DNA of 64,000 bases, taken from a virus. The DNA lies in IMG/VR virus record IMGVR_UViG_3300001533_002564, positions 32,001-96,000 of that record. One strand, written 5' to 3'. Numbering within the stretch: position 1 is the stretch's first letter; each line of letters begins with the position of its first letter. The position numbers were made by a program, and so were the translations under genes. This document shows positions 49,787-59,502 of the stretch, in pieces. The notes under the pieces were generated by a model, which was given only the letters and a program-made list of their open reading frames with translations, made no database searches and was not told the DNA's origin.

Positions 49787-50449
49787 ATGAAAAATCAAAA
49801 AGTAAATGCAATTGATTTTAAAGAAATTAAAACATTAGCACATGCATATATCCTTGGGTTGTTATGGGCAGATGGAACAGTAATTTTTGCAAATAATAAT
49901 GCTAAAACACCACAAATAAAACACTCTGCAAAAAAAGATGACAATATATCATTTAGAAAAATTTTTTAAATGACTGGTGATTGGGGTTTATATAAAACAA
50001 GAAATCAGGGGTCATTTACTAAAAAAAATAATATTCTTGAAGTAAATTGGACATCTAATAGAGAATTAGGTGAATTTTTAATTCAAAATGATTATAGAAA
50101 TAAAATAAAATCACCAAATAAAATATTAAATAAGTTAGGTGTATTAGAAAAACAATTATGGTTTAGAGGTTTTTTTGATGGTGATGGTTCAATTACTATT
50201 ATACCTAATGGACATCATTCAATAGCATTTACTGGTTCAAAATTTCAAAATTGGGAGTTTATTAAAAATTTATTTAATGAAATTGGAATTGAGCGATATA
50301 AGGAAAGAATTATTAAAAGTAGAAATGCGTTTTCTTCACAGATAAGAATAACTAATAAAAAAGATATTAATATATTCTATAATTATCTATATCAAAATTC
50401 GTTAAATATTGGATTAATGAGAAAACAAGAAAAATTTATATTACTTTAA
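49787..50449 (+). pseudogene. Two-motif LAGLIDADG homing endonuclease interrupted by an in-frame TAA (49967-49969)
   Basis: AYILGLLWADG in the first ORF and WFRGFFDGDGS in the second; both in the same frame (RKIF*MTGDW). Confidence 0.8.
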
Positions 50450-51221
50450 TTTCATCAATTCTTTTACTTATAATAAGATTTACATAATATGATAAATCTT
50501 TCATCTTAATAATTTTATATGATGAATTATTATGAGAATACCAAATAATATATGATTTTCCGAGCTTAATTCCTGTAACTTTCTCTATAATATATTTATA
50601 TATTCCTAATTGTAATGAATATATATTTAAATCAGAATCATCTAACATAAAAAGTTCATTATTCATTTTCCTTTCAGAACTTAATGATAGTTTTTTGTTT
50701 GTTTTATGGTCCCAAATTTGAAATTCTTTGGCTTTAACGTTATAAAATAACATATCAAGCATTCCTCCAATCAATGATTCTTTATCATAAACAATCATTT
50801 CTGTTCGAATTGGTATTAACTTACCTTTAACGTCTTTATGAAATTTATCAACATGTTTTTTTGTAATATTATATTCTTCTAAAATAGGGTCAAAACCAAA
50901 TTCATTTAATATTTGTTGTTTTGGGTATGGGAATATTTTATTTAAAAAAAGATTTTCAGCATAATCATGAATTGCTGAACCTTTCATTGTTCCTTTTTTA
51001 TTAATAAATCTCCAAGCACGTATAACTTCTTTTTGTGAAATACCGTATTCCTGACTTTTAACTTTTGACCAATATTCTTCATTAAATTCTTCTTTATATT
51101 TATGAAGTATTGTTGTTACACTTATTAATTCTTTATTATTAATATAATATTTATGTGGTTCATCATGATAAACCACATTATTAAAGGAAGTATATAAAAT
51201 ATTAGGTATTTCGATATTCAT
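50436..51221 (-). CDS. PD-(D/E)xK (RecB/Cas4-like) exonuclease
   Basis: SVTTIL, GSAIH, TEMIV...GGMLD...IWDHKTN, YSLQL..Y; TATATTTG box at 51226. Confidence 0.8.
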   Translation of the reverse strand: MNIEIPNILYTSFNNVVYHDEPHKYYINNKELISVTTILHKYKEEFNEEYWSKVKSQEYGISQKEVIRAWRFINKKGTMKGSAIHDYAENLFLNKIFPYPKQQILNEFGFDPILEEYNITKKHVDKFHKDVKGKLIPIRTEMIVYDKESLIGGMLDMLFYNVKAKEFQIWDHKTNKKLSLSSERKMNNELFMLDDSDLNIYSLQLGIYKYIIEKVTGIKLGKSYIIWYSHNNSSYKIIKMKDLSYYVNLIISKRIDEIKVI

Positions 51222-51240
51222 TAAGCAAATATATGAAAAA

Positions 51241-52134
51241 TTAATTAATTACAATATTATTTTGCATTATTTGTTCAAATTGAATTGATTCGAGTTTATT
51301 AATAATATCATTTTTATCTGCAGAAATACCAGAATATCCATGTATATGATTAATTAAGGCAAGTCTTATTATTTCCAATGCTTCAACAAGTACATCAGCA
51401 CGTGCCATAGGATGTCCTTGTTCAAATATTCTTTTTCTATCTTCTGATGATAATTTTGCTGCTTTAAAATTAGGAATTCCATCATGACTAATTATTGCTA
51501 TTTTATCACTTTGAATAACAGTATTACTATAATAATTATCATTATTTTCTTCAGTTGGTTCAAAAACCATATTAATTGAAGCAGGATTTTCAGTATTAAG
51601 TTTTAAAATATTATTATTTTCATGTTTACCTGCTCTAATATGGACTTCATTAACTCTTAAAATAACATCAGTATTAACTTTTCCAACAATAGCAATATCT
51701 GATTTTAATGGAAATACACCTTCGGCATCAGGATATGTTGATGGTGCTTTTTCTGGTCTGGTTAAACCAAGATTAGTTGTTGAAAGTGCAGTAAATTTAG
51801 AATCAAAACCAATTTTTTGTGGTTGAGAAATTATACTTCCAATCCAAAATCTACTTCTTTCAGGGAATTTGTTATCTTCAATAAGAATTCTAACCATTTC
51901 ACCAACTTGTGGATAAACATGAAAAAACTTAGGTAATAATGGATATGCCCAAGGTAAATGATTATTTGCTGTTTGATTATCTAGTTCAGGTATTTTAACT
52001 TTTATTCTACCACCATCACTATCATCAGTAATACTTATTACTTCACCATAAAAAATCGTTCTATTCCTAACAATACTTGCATATTCTTTTTTATTAGGAT
52101 TACTTGTTTGTATTATCGGTTTATCAAATCCCAT
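51241..52134 (-). CDS. Baseplate spike/hub protein with gp5-like OB fold
   Basis: GEVISITDD..GGRIKVKIP...LPWAYPL...PQVGEMV; C-terminal H-x-H. Confidence 0.75.
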   Translation of the reverse strand: MGFDKPIIQTSNPNKKEYASIVRNRTIFYGEVISITDDSDGGRIKVKIPELDNQTANNHLPWAYPLLPKFFHVYPQVGEMVRILIEDNKFPERSRFWIGSIISQPQKIGFDSKFTALSTTNLGLTRPEKAPSTYPDAEGVFPLKSDIAIVGKVNTDVILRVNEVHIRAGKHENNNILKLNTENPASINMVFEPTEENNDNYYSNTVIQSDKIAIISHDGIPNFKAAKLSSEDRKRIFEQGHPMARADVLVEALEIIRLALINHIHGYSGISADKNDIINKLESIQFEQIMQNNIVIN

Positions 52135-52337
52135 TATTCTACTAGTTTTTCAATAATCATTACATATTTTTTTTCAAGGTCTTCTAAATTTTTTATTTTA
52201 ACATTAATTTTATCTTCAAGTTCTTGCATTTCATATGTATGGTCAATAATTTCTTTTTTCAAGGCATCATGTTGTGCTTTGATATCATTACCCATTTTTT
52301 GAAGTTGTATTGCTGTATATTTATCTAAATCTTTCAT
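52134..52337 (-). CDS. Small coiled-coil protein
   Basis: 67 aa, coupled to neighbours. Confidence 0.6.
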   Translation of the reverse strand: MKDLDKYTAIQLQKMGNDIKAQHDALKKEIIDHTYEMQELEDKINVKIKNLEDLEKKYVMIIEKLVE

Positions 52338-52744
52338 TATTGTGCTATACCATATGCTTTAGTTAATGTTATTGTTGAGCCAAATACGGATACAGGTCCA
52401 GCAGCCGAAACTCCTGCTGCAGTTAATGTTATACCCGGGGGAATTGCAACACTTATAATCATATCTTGTTGTATTGCTTTAATAATTTCTTCAACTCTAA
52501 TTCTTTCCATTATTTCATCAGGATTAATTCCACCCGATGGTAATGCGCCAATTGGTAAACCTGCTTCAGATTTCCTTGAAATTATATTTGATGCGATTTT
52601 AGTTGGTGATAATCCAGTACGAGTAGGTACACCAACTAAAATAAGTGGTGTTGGTATGGAAGGTGGTCCTCCAATCGATGAAAGACTTAATACTTTAGTA
52701 AATCCTCCAATAATCCCATCAATACTACTAAAATCAATTGCCAT
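52337..52744 (-). CDS. Hypothetical virion protein
   Basis: 135 aa, G/P/I-rich. Confidence 0.6.
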   Translation of the reverse strand: MAIDFSSIDGIIGGFTKVLSLSSIGGPPSIPTPLILVGVPTRTGLSPTKIASNIISRKSEAGLPIGALPSGGINPDEIMERIRVEEIIKAIQQDMIISVAIPPGITLTAAGVSAAGPVSVFGSTITLTKAYGIAQ

Positions 52745-52745
52745 A

Positions 52746-52919
52746 TTATTTCATTTTTAATTTTTTTATATCAATCCATTTCCAACCTAAGAATAATTTC
52801 ATGCATAATCTCCTAAACCAATTTGGCTTAGAAGTAGTTACAAGTTGAGTACCTTCTTTTTTTCCATCGATAAGATATACTCCAACAAACGGTTTATTTA
52901 ATTTTTGGTCTATTATCAT
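52746..52919 (-). CDS. Small hypothetical protein (57 aa, not in the ORF track)
   Basis: MIIDQKLNKPFVGVYL...KPNWFRRLCMKLFLGWKWIDIKKLKMK fills the gap exactly. Confidence 0.6.
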   Translation of the reverse strand: MIIDQKLNKPFVGVYLIDGKKEGTQLVTTSKPNWFRRLCMKLFLGWKWIDIKKLKMK

Positions 52920-52930
52920 AATTTTATGTT

Positions 52931-54241
52931 TTAAATACTAACTGGTATTAAACTTTTTAAAAGGTCAATATATTGTTTTACCTTTTCTTTAATAACCCTT
53001 TTTATTACTGGTTTTAATAATTTAATTAAATATGAAACAGCTAATAAAAATAAAAACTCAGATATTAGTGTTTTTATTTCTTTTGATAAACATTTAATTA
53101 ATGTTTTAAAATTTTTTGCTGTATCAACAACATTATTTGATAAACTTCCAATTCCACCTTGAAGTTTATCCATTATCGCAAATAATACTAATATTTGAGG
53201 TGCTGCTGTTAATGCTTCAATTATTTTAAGAATAAATGTATTAATTAATAATTCAAAAAACCCATTCTTTACAGTTTCTTTATTTTGATTTGTTGTTTCA
53301 GGTGAAGTACTACTTTCATCAATTGTTGATTCAAGCTGGTCACCAACATAATATGGGTCTGTTGACCCAGAAATATTTTTTATTAATTTATCAAAATCAT
53401 CAAAATTTAATTTAGATGAAATTAAACCACAACCCATATCATAATTAATAATTCCTTTAGATATTTCCTGTGCTTTATTAAGTAATTTATCATTATCTTC
53501 AGGTGATATTTCAAAAGAGTCATCGCCTTCAATAACTTGTTTTAAACTTTGTTCAAGAACTAATTCATTATATATTTGTTCTGATGTTTTATTTTGGTTA
53601 TTACTTAATGTTCCATAAACACTATCCATAACTGAACTAATTATTTCTTTTTCATTTAATATTTCAGTATTGTCAATATAACTATTAAAAAATTCTCCAA
53701 CATTTTGATTTCCTAAACTTGAATTAGGTTTAATTTGAAAACTATCACTACTTTCAATATATTTAATTGATAGATTATTATATGTTTCAAAATTTCCTGA
53801 ATTTTGAATTGCATCATATGCTGTTGCATCAAAACTATCTGATGGTGAACCGTAAATTAAACTTCCAGTATTTGAATTTGGATTAGTTTTAAATTTATTT
53901 TTATTGTCAATTGATTTAACTGATGTAGTTATACCATTAGTTTTAAATGTACTTGAAAATTCTTGGTCTGAATTTGATTGTGTTAATTGTTTCTTTAGTG
54001 ATGTTTTTAATTTTGGTTCAACTTCTTTTATTAAACCAGAAAATATTTTACCTATGGTAGATTTAACTGCTTCAGTACCTGCAATAGAATTCATTACATT
54101 AATAATAAAAGAAAAACTATTGTCTTTATTATTAATTGATGAAAACGTATCATTTAGTAATGCAGGTTTTTGTTCTTCATCTAAAGACTTATATACACCA
54201 ACCTGATTTATAACACTTCTTTTATCATCAGCAATACTCAT
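52931..54241 (-). CDS. Hypothetical protein, likely virion/baseplate-associated
   Basis: 436 aa in the late operon. Confidence 0.6.
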   Translation of the reverse strand: MSIADDKRSVINQVGVYKSLDEEQKPALLNDTFSSINNKDNSFSFIINVMNSIAGTEAVKSTIGKIFSGLIKEVEPKLKTSLKKQLTQSNSDQEFSSTFKTNGITTSVKSIDNKNKFKTNPNSNTGSLIYGSPSDSFDATAYDAIQNSGNFETYNNLSIKYIESSDSFQIKPNSSLGNQNVGEFFNSYIDNTEILNEKEIISSVMDSVYGTLSNNQNKTSEQIYNELVLEQSLKQVIEGDDSFEISPEDNDKLLNKAQEISKGIINYDMGCGLISSKLNFDDFDKLIKNISGSTDPYYVGDQLESTIDESSTSPETTNQNKETVKNGFFELLINTFILKIIEALTAAPQILVLFAIMDKLQGGIGSLSNNVVDTAKNFKTLIKCLSKEIKTLISEFLFLLAVSYLIKLLKPVIKRVIKEKVKQYIDLLKSLIPVSI

Positions 54242-54624
54242 TATTTTTTACCTTTTTTTTCAAGTTCTTCATGAACAAAACTTAATAACTCATTTCTTCT
54301 GTCAGTACCAACTTCACCAGTTTCATCATCACCACCTGATACATTTTTTATTGTACCTTCACCTTTTTTATCAAAAACAACTTCTTTTAAATAACGTAAT
54401 AACATAATTTTTTGGTCTTGATTTTTTGCTTCTGCTGATATAAGTTTAACTATTTGATCGCCAATTGCAGCAACTTCACCAGTTTCTTTTATTTTAGTTT
54501 CCCATTTAGTAAATAATCTAGTGATTTTTGCTTTCTGATTATGACTCTCATCATAGATTTCTTGAAGAAGTTTATTAACACTTTCTTCATCAAATTTTAA
54601 TTTTTTTCTTTTTGGTCTACTCAT
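54241..54624 (-). CDS. Hypothetical coiled-coil protein
   Basis: 127 aa. Confidence 0.65.
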   Translation of the reverse strand: MSRPKRKKLKFDEESVNKLLQEIYDESHNQKAKITRLFTKWETKIKETGEVAAIGDQIVKLISAEAKNQDQKIMLLRYLKEVVFDKKGEGTIKNVSGGDDETGEVGTDRRNELLSFVHEELEKKGKK

Positions 54625-55234
54625 TGTCGTATAATATTAGTCTTTTTTTATAATTTATGATATCACTAATATGTGATGGGTCAACATTATACATATTAGC
54701 TAATATACATTGTTTTATATTATCATTTTCATATAATAATCTAATCTTCTTCACATCATTATTTAACAATTTTCTTTTATAATTATGTAAACCAATTAAT
54801 CTTTTTGCTTCAGAACTATGTTTTTTATTATAAAAATTATTTCCTTTACCACTCATTCTTCTTTTTTTATCTTCAATACCCCTTTGATGTTTAGAACCTA
54901 AGTTATTTTTTGCTAAAGGGCAGATATTATAACCATATTTATTATTAAATGATTTATATTTATTAATATAGTTTTGTTCAATTAATACTAAATTATCAAT
55001 ATTGTTTATTATTTCAATAACACCAAATATAAACATATTTTCGCCATATTTATTCCATGCATTTTATAAATGCCTAGAATGATATTTATTATTATTTAAT
55101 AAAAATCGATGACTTGATAATCTACTAATTAAACATTTAGCACTTCCAATATAGACTTTACCATTATATAAATTTTTTATTAAGTAAACACCCGAATCTT
55201 TTATATTTATTCCATATTTACTTGATCGTGCCAT
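54617..55234 (-). pseudogene. GIY-YIG homing endonuclease with an in-frame TAA (55064-55066)
   Basis: MARSSKYGINIKDSGVYLIKN...VYIGSA...HSRHL*NAWNKYG; the paralog at 34118 has HLQNAYNKYG; late motif at 55249. Confidence 0.85.
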
Positions 55235-55259
55235 ACTTTTTATTTATTATAAATACTAA

Positions 55260-55420
55260 TCATTCTAAAAGATATTCACTAATAATTGATTTTCTATAAT
55301 TTAAATTAAATGATGATTTTATTGATGTTTTAAATTCTTTATTAAGTTCAGGGTTAAATTTAATTATTAAATATGATTCAATAATATGCATGTTTGAAAT
55401 ATTTTTTAATTCAAAAATTT
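55260..55420 (-). pseudogene. Possible relic of a GIY-YIG domain
   Basis: MHIIESYLIIKFNPELNKE resembles the E-x2-LI-x3-P-x-LN GIY-YIG motif; upstream sequence is stop-ridden. Confidence 0.3.
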
Positions 55421-55600
55421 AAATCTTATTAAACATTTTATTTACAGTGTATTATTTAATAAGTTTTAATCATCTAAATTGTAATTAATAAAAATTCTCT
55501 TATCATAAAAATCATTACCGTGTATATGTATAATATATGCAAGTTTCAATAATTTTAATTATTTAATTAAATAATTAATATCGTCTTCTTTTATTTTTTA

Positions 55601-56476
55601 TTAATCATCTAAATAATCTAATTTTTCAAAAAAATAAATTTCCTTAAATGGTTTAATGCCGATTCTAATTTCTTTTGTTGTTAAACCTGTTTGTTCTTTT
55701 AAATATAATAAAATTTTATTTTTTGCAAATTTATTGGTAACACGTTTTTCATAATTACCTTCAGGACTATCTTCCATAAATAATATTTGCCAATTTTTTA
55801 AAATATTAGCAATTGCATCACCAACAAGAATTTCATTTTTTTTCATTGTTGAATTATTATCTATGAGGTCTTCAATTTTTTTAACAACACAATTAATTAA
55901 TTTTTCAAGTTGATGCTGATTTTCCATTTCCATCTCATAAGTATATTCAGTATTACTATTAATTTCATCAACATAATTATCAAAATTTAAATTAGTCTTT
56001 TTTTCATTATAACTTTTTTTACTATGGTCTTTATAATAATTTCGAATAATTGTTTGACAATAACTAAATGCTTTAGATTTGAAAATTCTATAAGTATATC
56101 CATCATCAGATTTATTAATTTCTTTTAATTTTTTATTAGCGTCTTCAATATAAATAAATCGATAATCATTACCTAGTTTATACCACTTATCATCAGTAGA
56201 ATTATTTTTTTTACGTTCAATTATATATAATTTATACTTAATCATGTGTTCAATTAAGTGTGTGAGTGCATTAGATTCAACCTCTTCCATATCGTAATTA
56301 CCGATATGGATGGGGTATCTTCTTAATATTGATTGTATCATTTTTCTAAATGGTTCAATCAATATTTCATTATAGATTTTATTTTTTTCTTCAAATGAAT
56401 CAGAATTAATATAATCTATAACTGCTTGTTCTTCTTTCTCTGCAAAATATTGCGTTGTGATTTCGGGTTTCTTCAT
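55601..56476 (-). CDS. Phage late sigma factor (sigma70 region 2, gp55-like)
   Basis: YF...EEQAVIDY...KNKIYNE....PFRKMI; KAFSYCQTIIRNYY resembles sigma region 2.3-2.4. Confidence 0.6.
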   Translation of the reverse strand: MKKPEITTQYFAEKEEQAVIDYINSDSFEEKNKIYNEILIEPFRKMIQSILRRYPIHIGNYDMEEVESNALTHLIEHMIKYKLYIIERKKNNSTDDKWYKLGNDYRFIYIEDANKKLKEINKSDDGYTYRIFKSKAFSYCQTIIRNYYKDHSKKSYNEKKTNLNFDNYVDEINSNTEYTYEMEMENQHQLEKLINCVVKKIEDLIDNNSTMKKNEILVGDAIANILKNWQILFMEDSPEGNYEKRVTNKFAKNKILLYLKEQTGLTTKEIRIGIKPFKEIYFFEKLDYLDD

Positions 56477-56498
56477 TCATATGTTATAAACTATATAG

Positions 56499-57311
56499 TT
56501 ATTCAGCTATTACAATTTTTTTGATTTTAGACAAATCAATTGGTCTGTCATTCATAAAATTAGATTCTTTTGTTGCTGTTTCAAACCAGAATTTCCTTTC
56601 ATCAATACTCATATTTTTTTGATATTCACCAAATAAACTATCTTCACGAGTTGCAAGATGTTTATAACCGATTTTTGGTATAGTAAATATTTTAGATGCA
56701 TTATTTAATGCTCTAAGTAAAAATTCATACATAAATGCTAATTTTATGTTTGATTTATATTTACCAATATTTTCGAATTCAGATTTTTTTATAATTGCAC
56801 CACTTAATTTAAAATCGGTATATTGTTTTAATATATTAATATTTAAATAACCAATTTCACCATTTTCGCCAACAAATTGTTGTGCCCAAACAGTTTCATT
56901 TGTTAATTTAATACCTTCATTTTTCTCATTTACTTCAATCATCATAGTTAAAAATATATCGATTTCAGGATAATTTTTAATATAATTTTCACCGTTTTTT
57001 ATAAATGTTGAACTTAATTCATCATCAAATTCAACTACAGTAAAATATTCGGTAGTTACTGAATCAACAGCAAGATTAACTTGTGATTGATAATCAGTAT
57101 TACCTTCATTTTTAATAAATGATATATTTGATTGAGTTTTACCAGAAAATTTAGATTTTATTTCATTCATCACTGATTCTGGTGATACAATTAATATTTG
57201 TGGTAATTCTTTATTACCAACTTGTTTTGATATAGATTCAACTGCTTTATCCAAATATTTTTCAACAGTTTCATTAAATTCATGTATTGGAATTATTATT
57301 GATATATTCAT
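56499..57311 (-). CDS. Glycosyltransferase family 2
   Basis: ISIIIPIH...AVESI...VNLAV.....EYFTVVEFDD. Confidence 0.8.
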   Translation of the reverse strand: MNISIIIPIHEFNETVEKYLDKAVESISKQVGNKELPQILIVSPESVMNEIKSKFSGKTQSNISFIKNEGNTDYQSQVNLAVDSVTTEYFTVVEFDDELSSTFIKNGENYIKNYPEIDIFLTMMIEVNEKNEGIKLTNETVWAQQFVGENGEIGYLNINILKQYTDFKLSGAIIKKSEFENIGKYKSNIKLAFMYEFLLRALNNASKIFTIPKIGYKHLATREDSLFGEYQKNMSIDERKFWFETATKESNFMNDRPIDLSKIKKIVIAE

Positions 57312-57335
57312 TTTAATTTAATTTAAAATTTATTA

Positions 57336-58484
57336 TTATTTTTCTTCAGTAACAGGTAATTCAAGTGATTTTTCTAATAAACTAATTCTTTTATCAGTTA
57401 ATTCAGTATATATATCAATTATTTGAGATTCACTGTTATTTTGAGTATATTTAGCTACAACATTATTCATTGATTCATAAATTTCAGGTGAAATGTCATC
57501 ATCTAAAAATTTCATAATTGTATTTCCAAGTAAAATAGGTAAATCATAATAATTTTCACTCCAAATACCAGCATTATCATTTGCTTTAATTGGTTTATCA
57601 TTTTCATCTCGTTCAATCATGTATTCAGGCATAATATCTGGTTTTAAACAAATAGGTATTGTTCCTGATTTCATACATTCTAAAGGAAATGTTCCAAAAG
57701 AAGAAATTCTGTCAATCCAGATTGCTGCAAAATTATTTTGTAGTCTTTTTGCAAAATCTACTCTACGCATTGGTTGTGGTGGTTTACTTTTTGTTAACAT
57801 AGTATCAAAAGTAATCCAATTATATTCAGGAAATTTATTAAAAAATAATTTTACAAATTTTGAAATTTCATTAGCATTTCTACCAATAACAGAAATTACT
57901 GGTTTTTGTGGTTTATCTGTTTTTTCAAAATATTCAGGAATACCAATATCATATGTTTTAATATTAAATCTATTTTCACCATAATATATTTCAAATAATT
58001 TTTTTAATGTTTCTGATGTAGTTATAACATCTTGAATACCAAAAGACGACCAATCAGTACCGGGAATCAAGGAATTCGTCATATAATCAATCGACTGTAA
58101 TAAACCTACTCTCAAACAAGGTAAATTTTTTGTTTGTTCCATTATGTTTGAATATACTTCTGGAATTATCATCACATCTTCAGGACCGACCATCAATTTA
58201 GGGTCTGCCATTGACATATGTACGTGGTCGGTAAGTTCTTTTTCAATCCAAGTTGGTACGACATAATCACCTTTTTCAACCATTACAATTACTTCATAAC
58301 CTAAATTTTTTACAACTGTTGCATGAAAATAAATCTCATATATACTTGCAACAGGACTTTGTGATTCAGGCACAATAAATAAAAATTTTGATTTCTTATT
58401 TTTTAACTTATCGAGACTAGTTTTAATTTTCTCGATTTTTTCTACTTCAGCATTTTGTGCTGCATTTGTTAATTCTTCACTCAT
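57336..58484 (-). CDS. GT-B fold glycosyltransferase (GT4-like)
   Basis: IIPEVY; SSFGTFPLECMKSGTIPI donor-binding motif. Confidence 0.75.
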   Translation of the reverse strand: MSEELTNAAQNAEVEKIEKIKTSLDKLKNKKSKFLFIVPESQSPVASIYEIYFHATVVKNLGYEVIVMVEKGDYVVPTWIEKELTDHVHMSMADPKLMVGPEDVMIIPEVYSNIMEQTKNLPCLRVGLLQSIDYMTNSLIPGTDWSSFGIQDVITTSETLKKLFEIYYGENRFNIKTYDIGIPEYFEKTDKPQKPVISVIGRNANEISKFVKLFFNKFPEYNWITFDTMLTKSKPPQPMRRVDFAKRLQNNFAAIWIDRISSFGTFPLECMKSGTIPICLKPDIMPEYMIERDENDKPIKANDNAGIWSENYYDLPILLGNTIMKFLDDDISPEIYESMNNVVAKYTQNNSESQIIDIYTELTDKRISLLEKSLELPVTEEK

Positions 58485-58485
58485 T

Positions 58486-59226
58486 TTATTTTTTCCTTTT
58501 ATATTTAATTATTTTTTCAAAATCACTATTATTAATTAAATCAGCAATTTGTAAGACTTCTAATGAACCTGCTTTAATATTTTCATTATAAGGTCTTTTT
58601 ATTTTTATAATCTTCTTACCCCAAGGAGCACCGATTTTTAAAATTTCTGGGTCTGTTGTTATTAAAATATCAACATGTTTCCACATATCTGTTGATTTAT
58701 TAACAAATTTATAATTATTAAATCTCGATGATATTTTACTTAAAAAGAATAATGTCGGTGGTATACTAAATCTGTTTTCAACAGATAATACAGTATAATC
58801 AACCTTATTTTCATATTTTTGTAAAAAATTATTTACATCTAAATCTAATTGCGGATACATTTTAGGAGCAGCACCATGAATTTCAAAAAGAAAATCTTCA
58901 TACATAAATCTATTATATACTTCTTTTGCACTTAATTTAACTTTTTTAACTGGCTTAAATAACATAAAATCAGCAGGTGCTTCACCATTTTTATCTAATT
59001 GATAATCAATCGGATTAATTTCTTCAGGTGTGTCTTCTGGTTCACGCATTTCTTTTATTTCTTCAACAACATCCTTCCAAGGATAATTATTAAAAAAATC
59101 ATAAACATATGGTTGTTCTTCTGGGATATCTTTATCACCAAATTCTTGTACATAGAATCTATCAAATTGTAACCATTTTGCTCTTAATATTTCATCAATA
59201 TCAATACCTATTTTTTTCTTACTCAT
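58486..59226 (-). CDS. HAD-superfamily 5'(3')-nucleotidase-like protein
   Basis: IGIDIDEILR motif I; C-terminal IKRPYN. Confidence 0.65.
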   Translation of the reverse strand: MSKKKIGIDIDEILRAKWLQFDRFYVQEFGDKDIPEEQPYVYDFFNNYPWKDVVEEIKEMREPEDTPEEINPIDYQLDKNGEAPADFMLFKPVKKVKLSAKEVYNRFMYEDFLFEIHGAAPKMYPQLDLDVNNFLQKYENKVDYTVLSVENRFSIPPTLFFLSKISSRFNNYKFVNKSTDMWKHVDILITTDPEILKIGAPWGKKIIKIKRPYNENIKAGSLEVLQIADLINNSDFEKIIKYKRKK

Positions 59227-59500
59227 TATTATCTTTTTTTAATTCTTTCAATTGATGTTGAAGTTCTTCTTCTAACTTTTCCATCAATTTAGTATGTTTA
59301 TTAATTAAGTTTTTTCTTGTAATATATTCTGGATTAATACATTCAATTCTAGTATCAGATGATTGTACAGGTATAACAATTATTTCACCTTGAAATGTTG
59401 AAGGAATAATTTTTTTTGCAATTTTATTTGTGTAATACTCAATATCTTCAATTCTGATACCTTGAACACCAATATATATAACTAATATTTTATTTTTCAT
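59219..59500 (-). CDS. Hypothetical protein
   Basis: 93 aa; RIECINP motif. Confidence 0.6.
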   Translation of the reverse strand: MKNKILVIYIGVQGIRIEDIEYYTNKIAKKIIPSTFQGEIIVIPVQSSDTRIECINPEYITRKNLINKHTKLMEKLEEELQHQLKELKKDNNE

Positions 59501-59502
59501 AA

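Noticed and set aside
54600-55234. GIY-YIG start MARSSK as the captured start of the downstream MSRPKRK gene
   Set aside because: Similarity is only 2-3 codons, too weak to support
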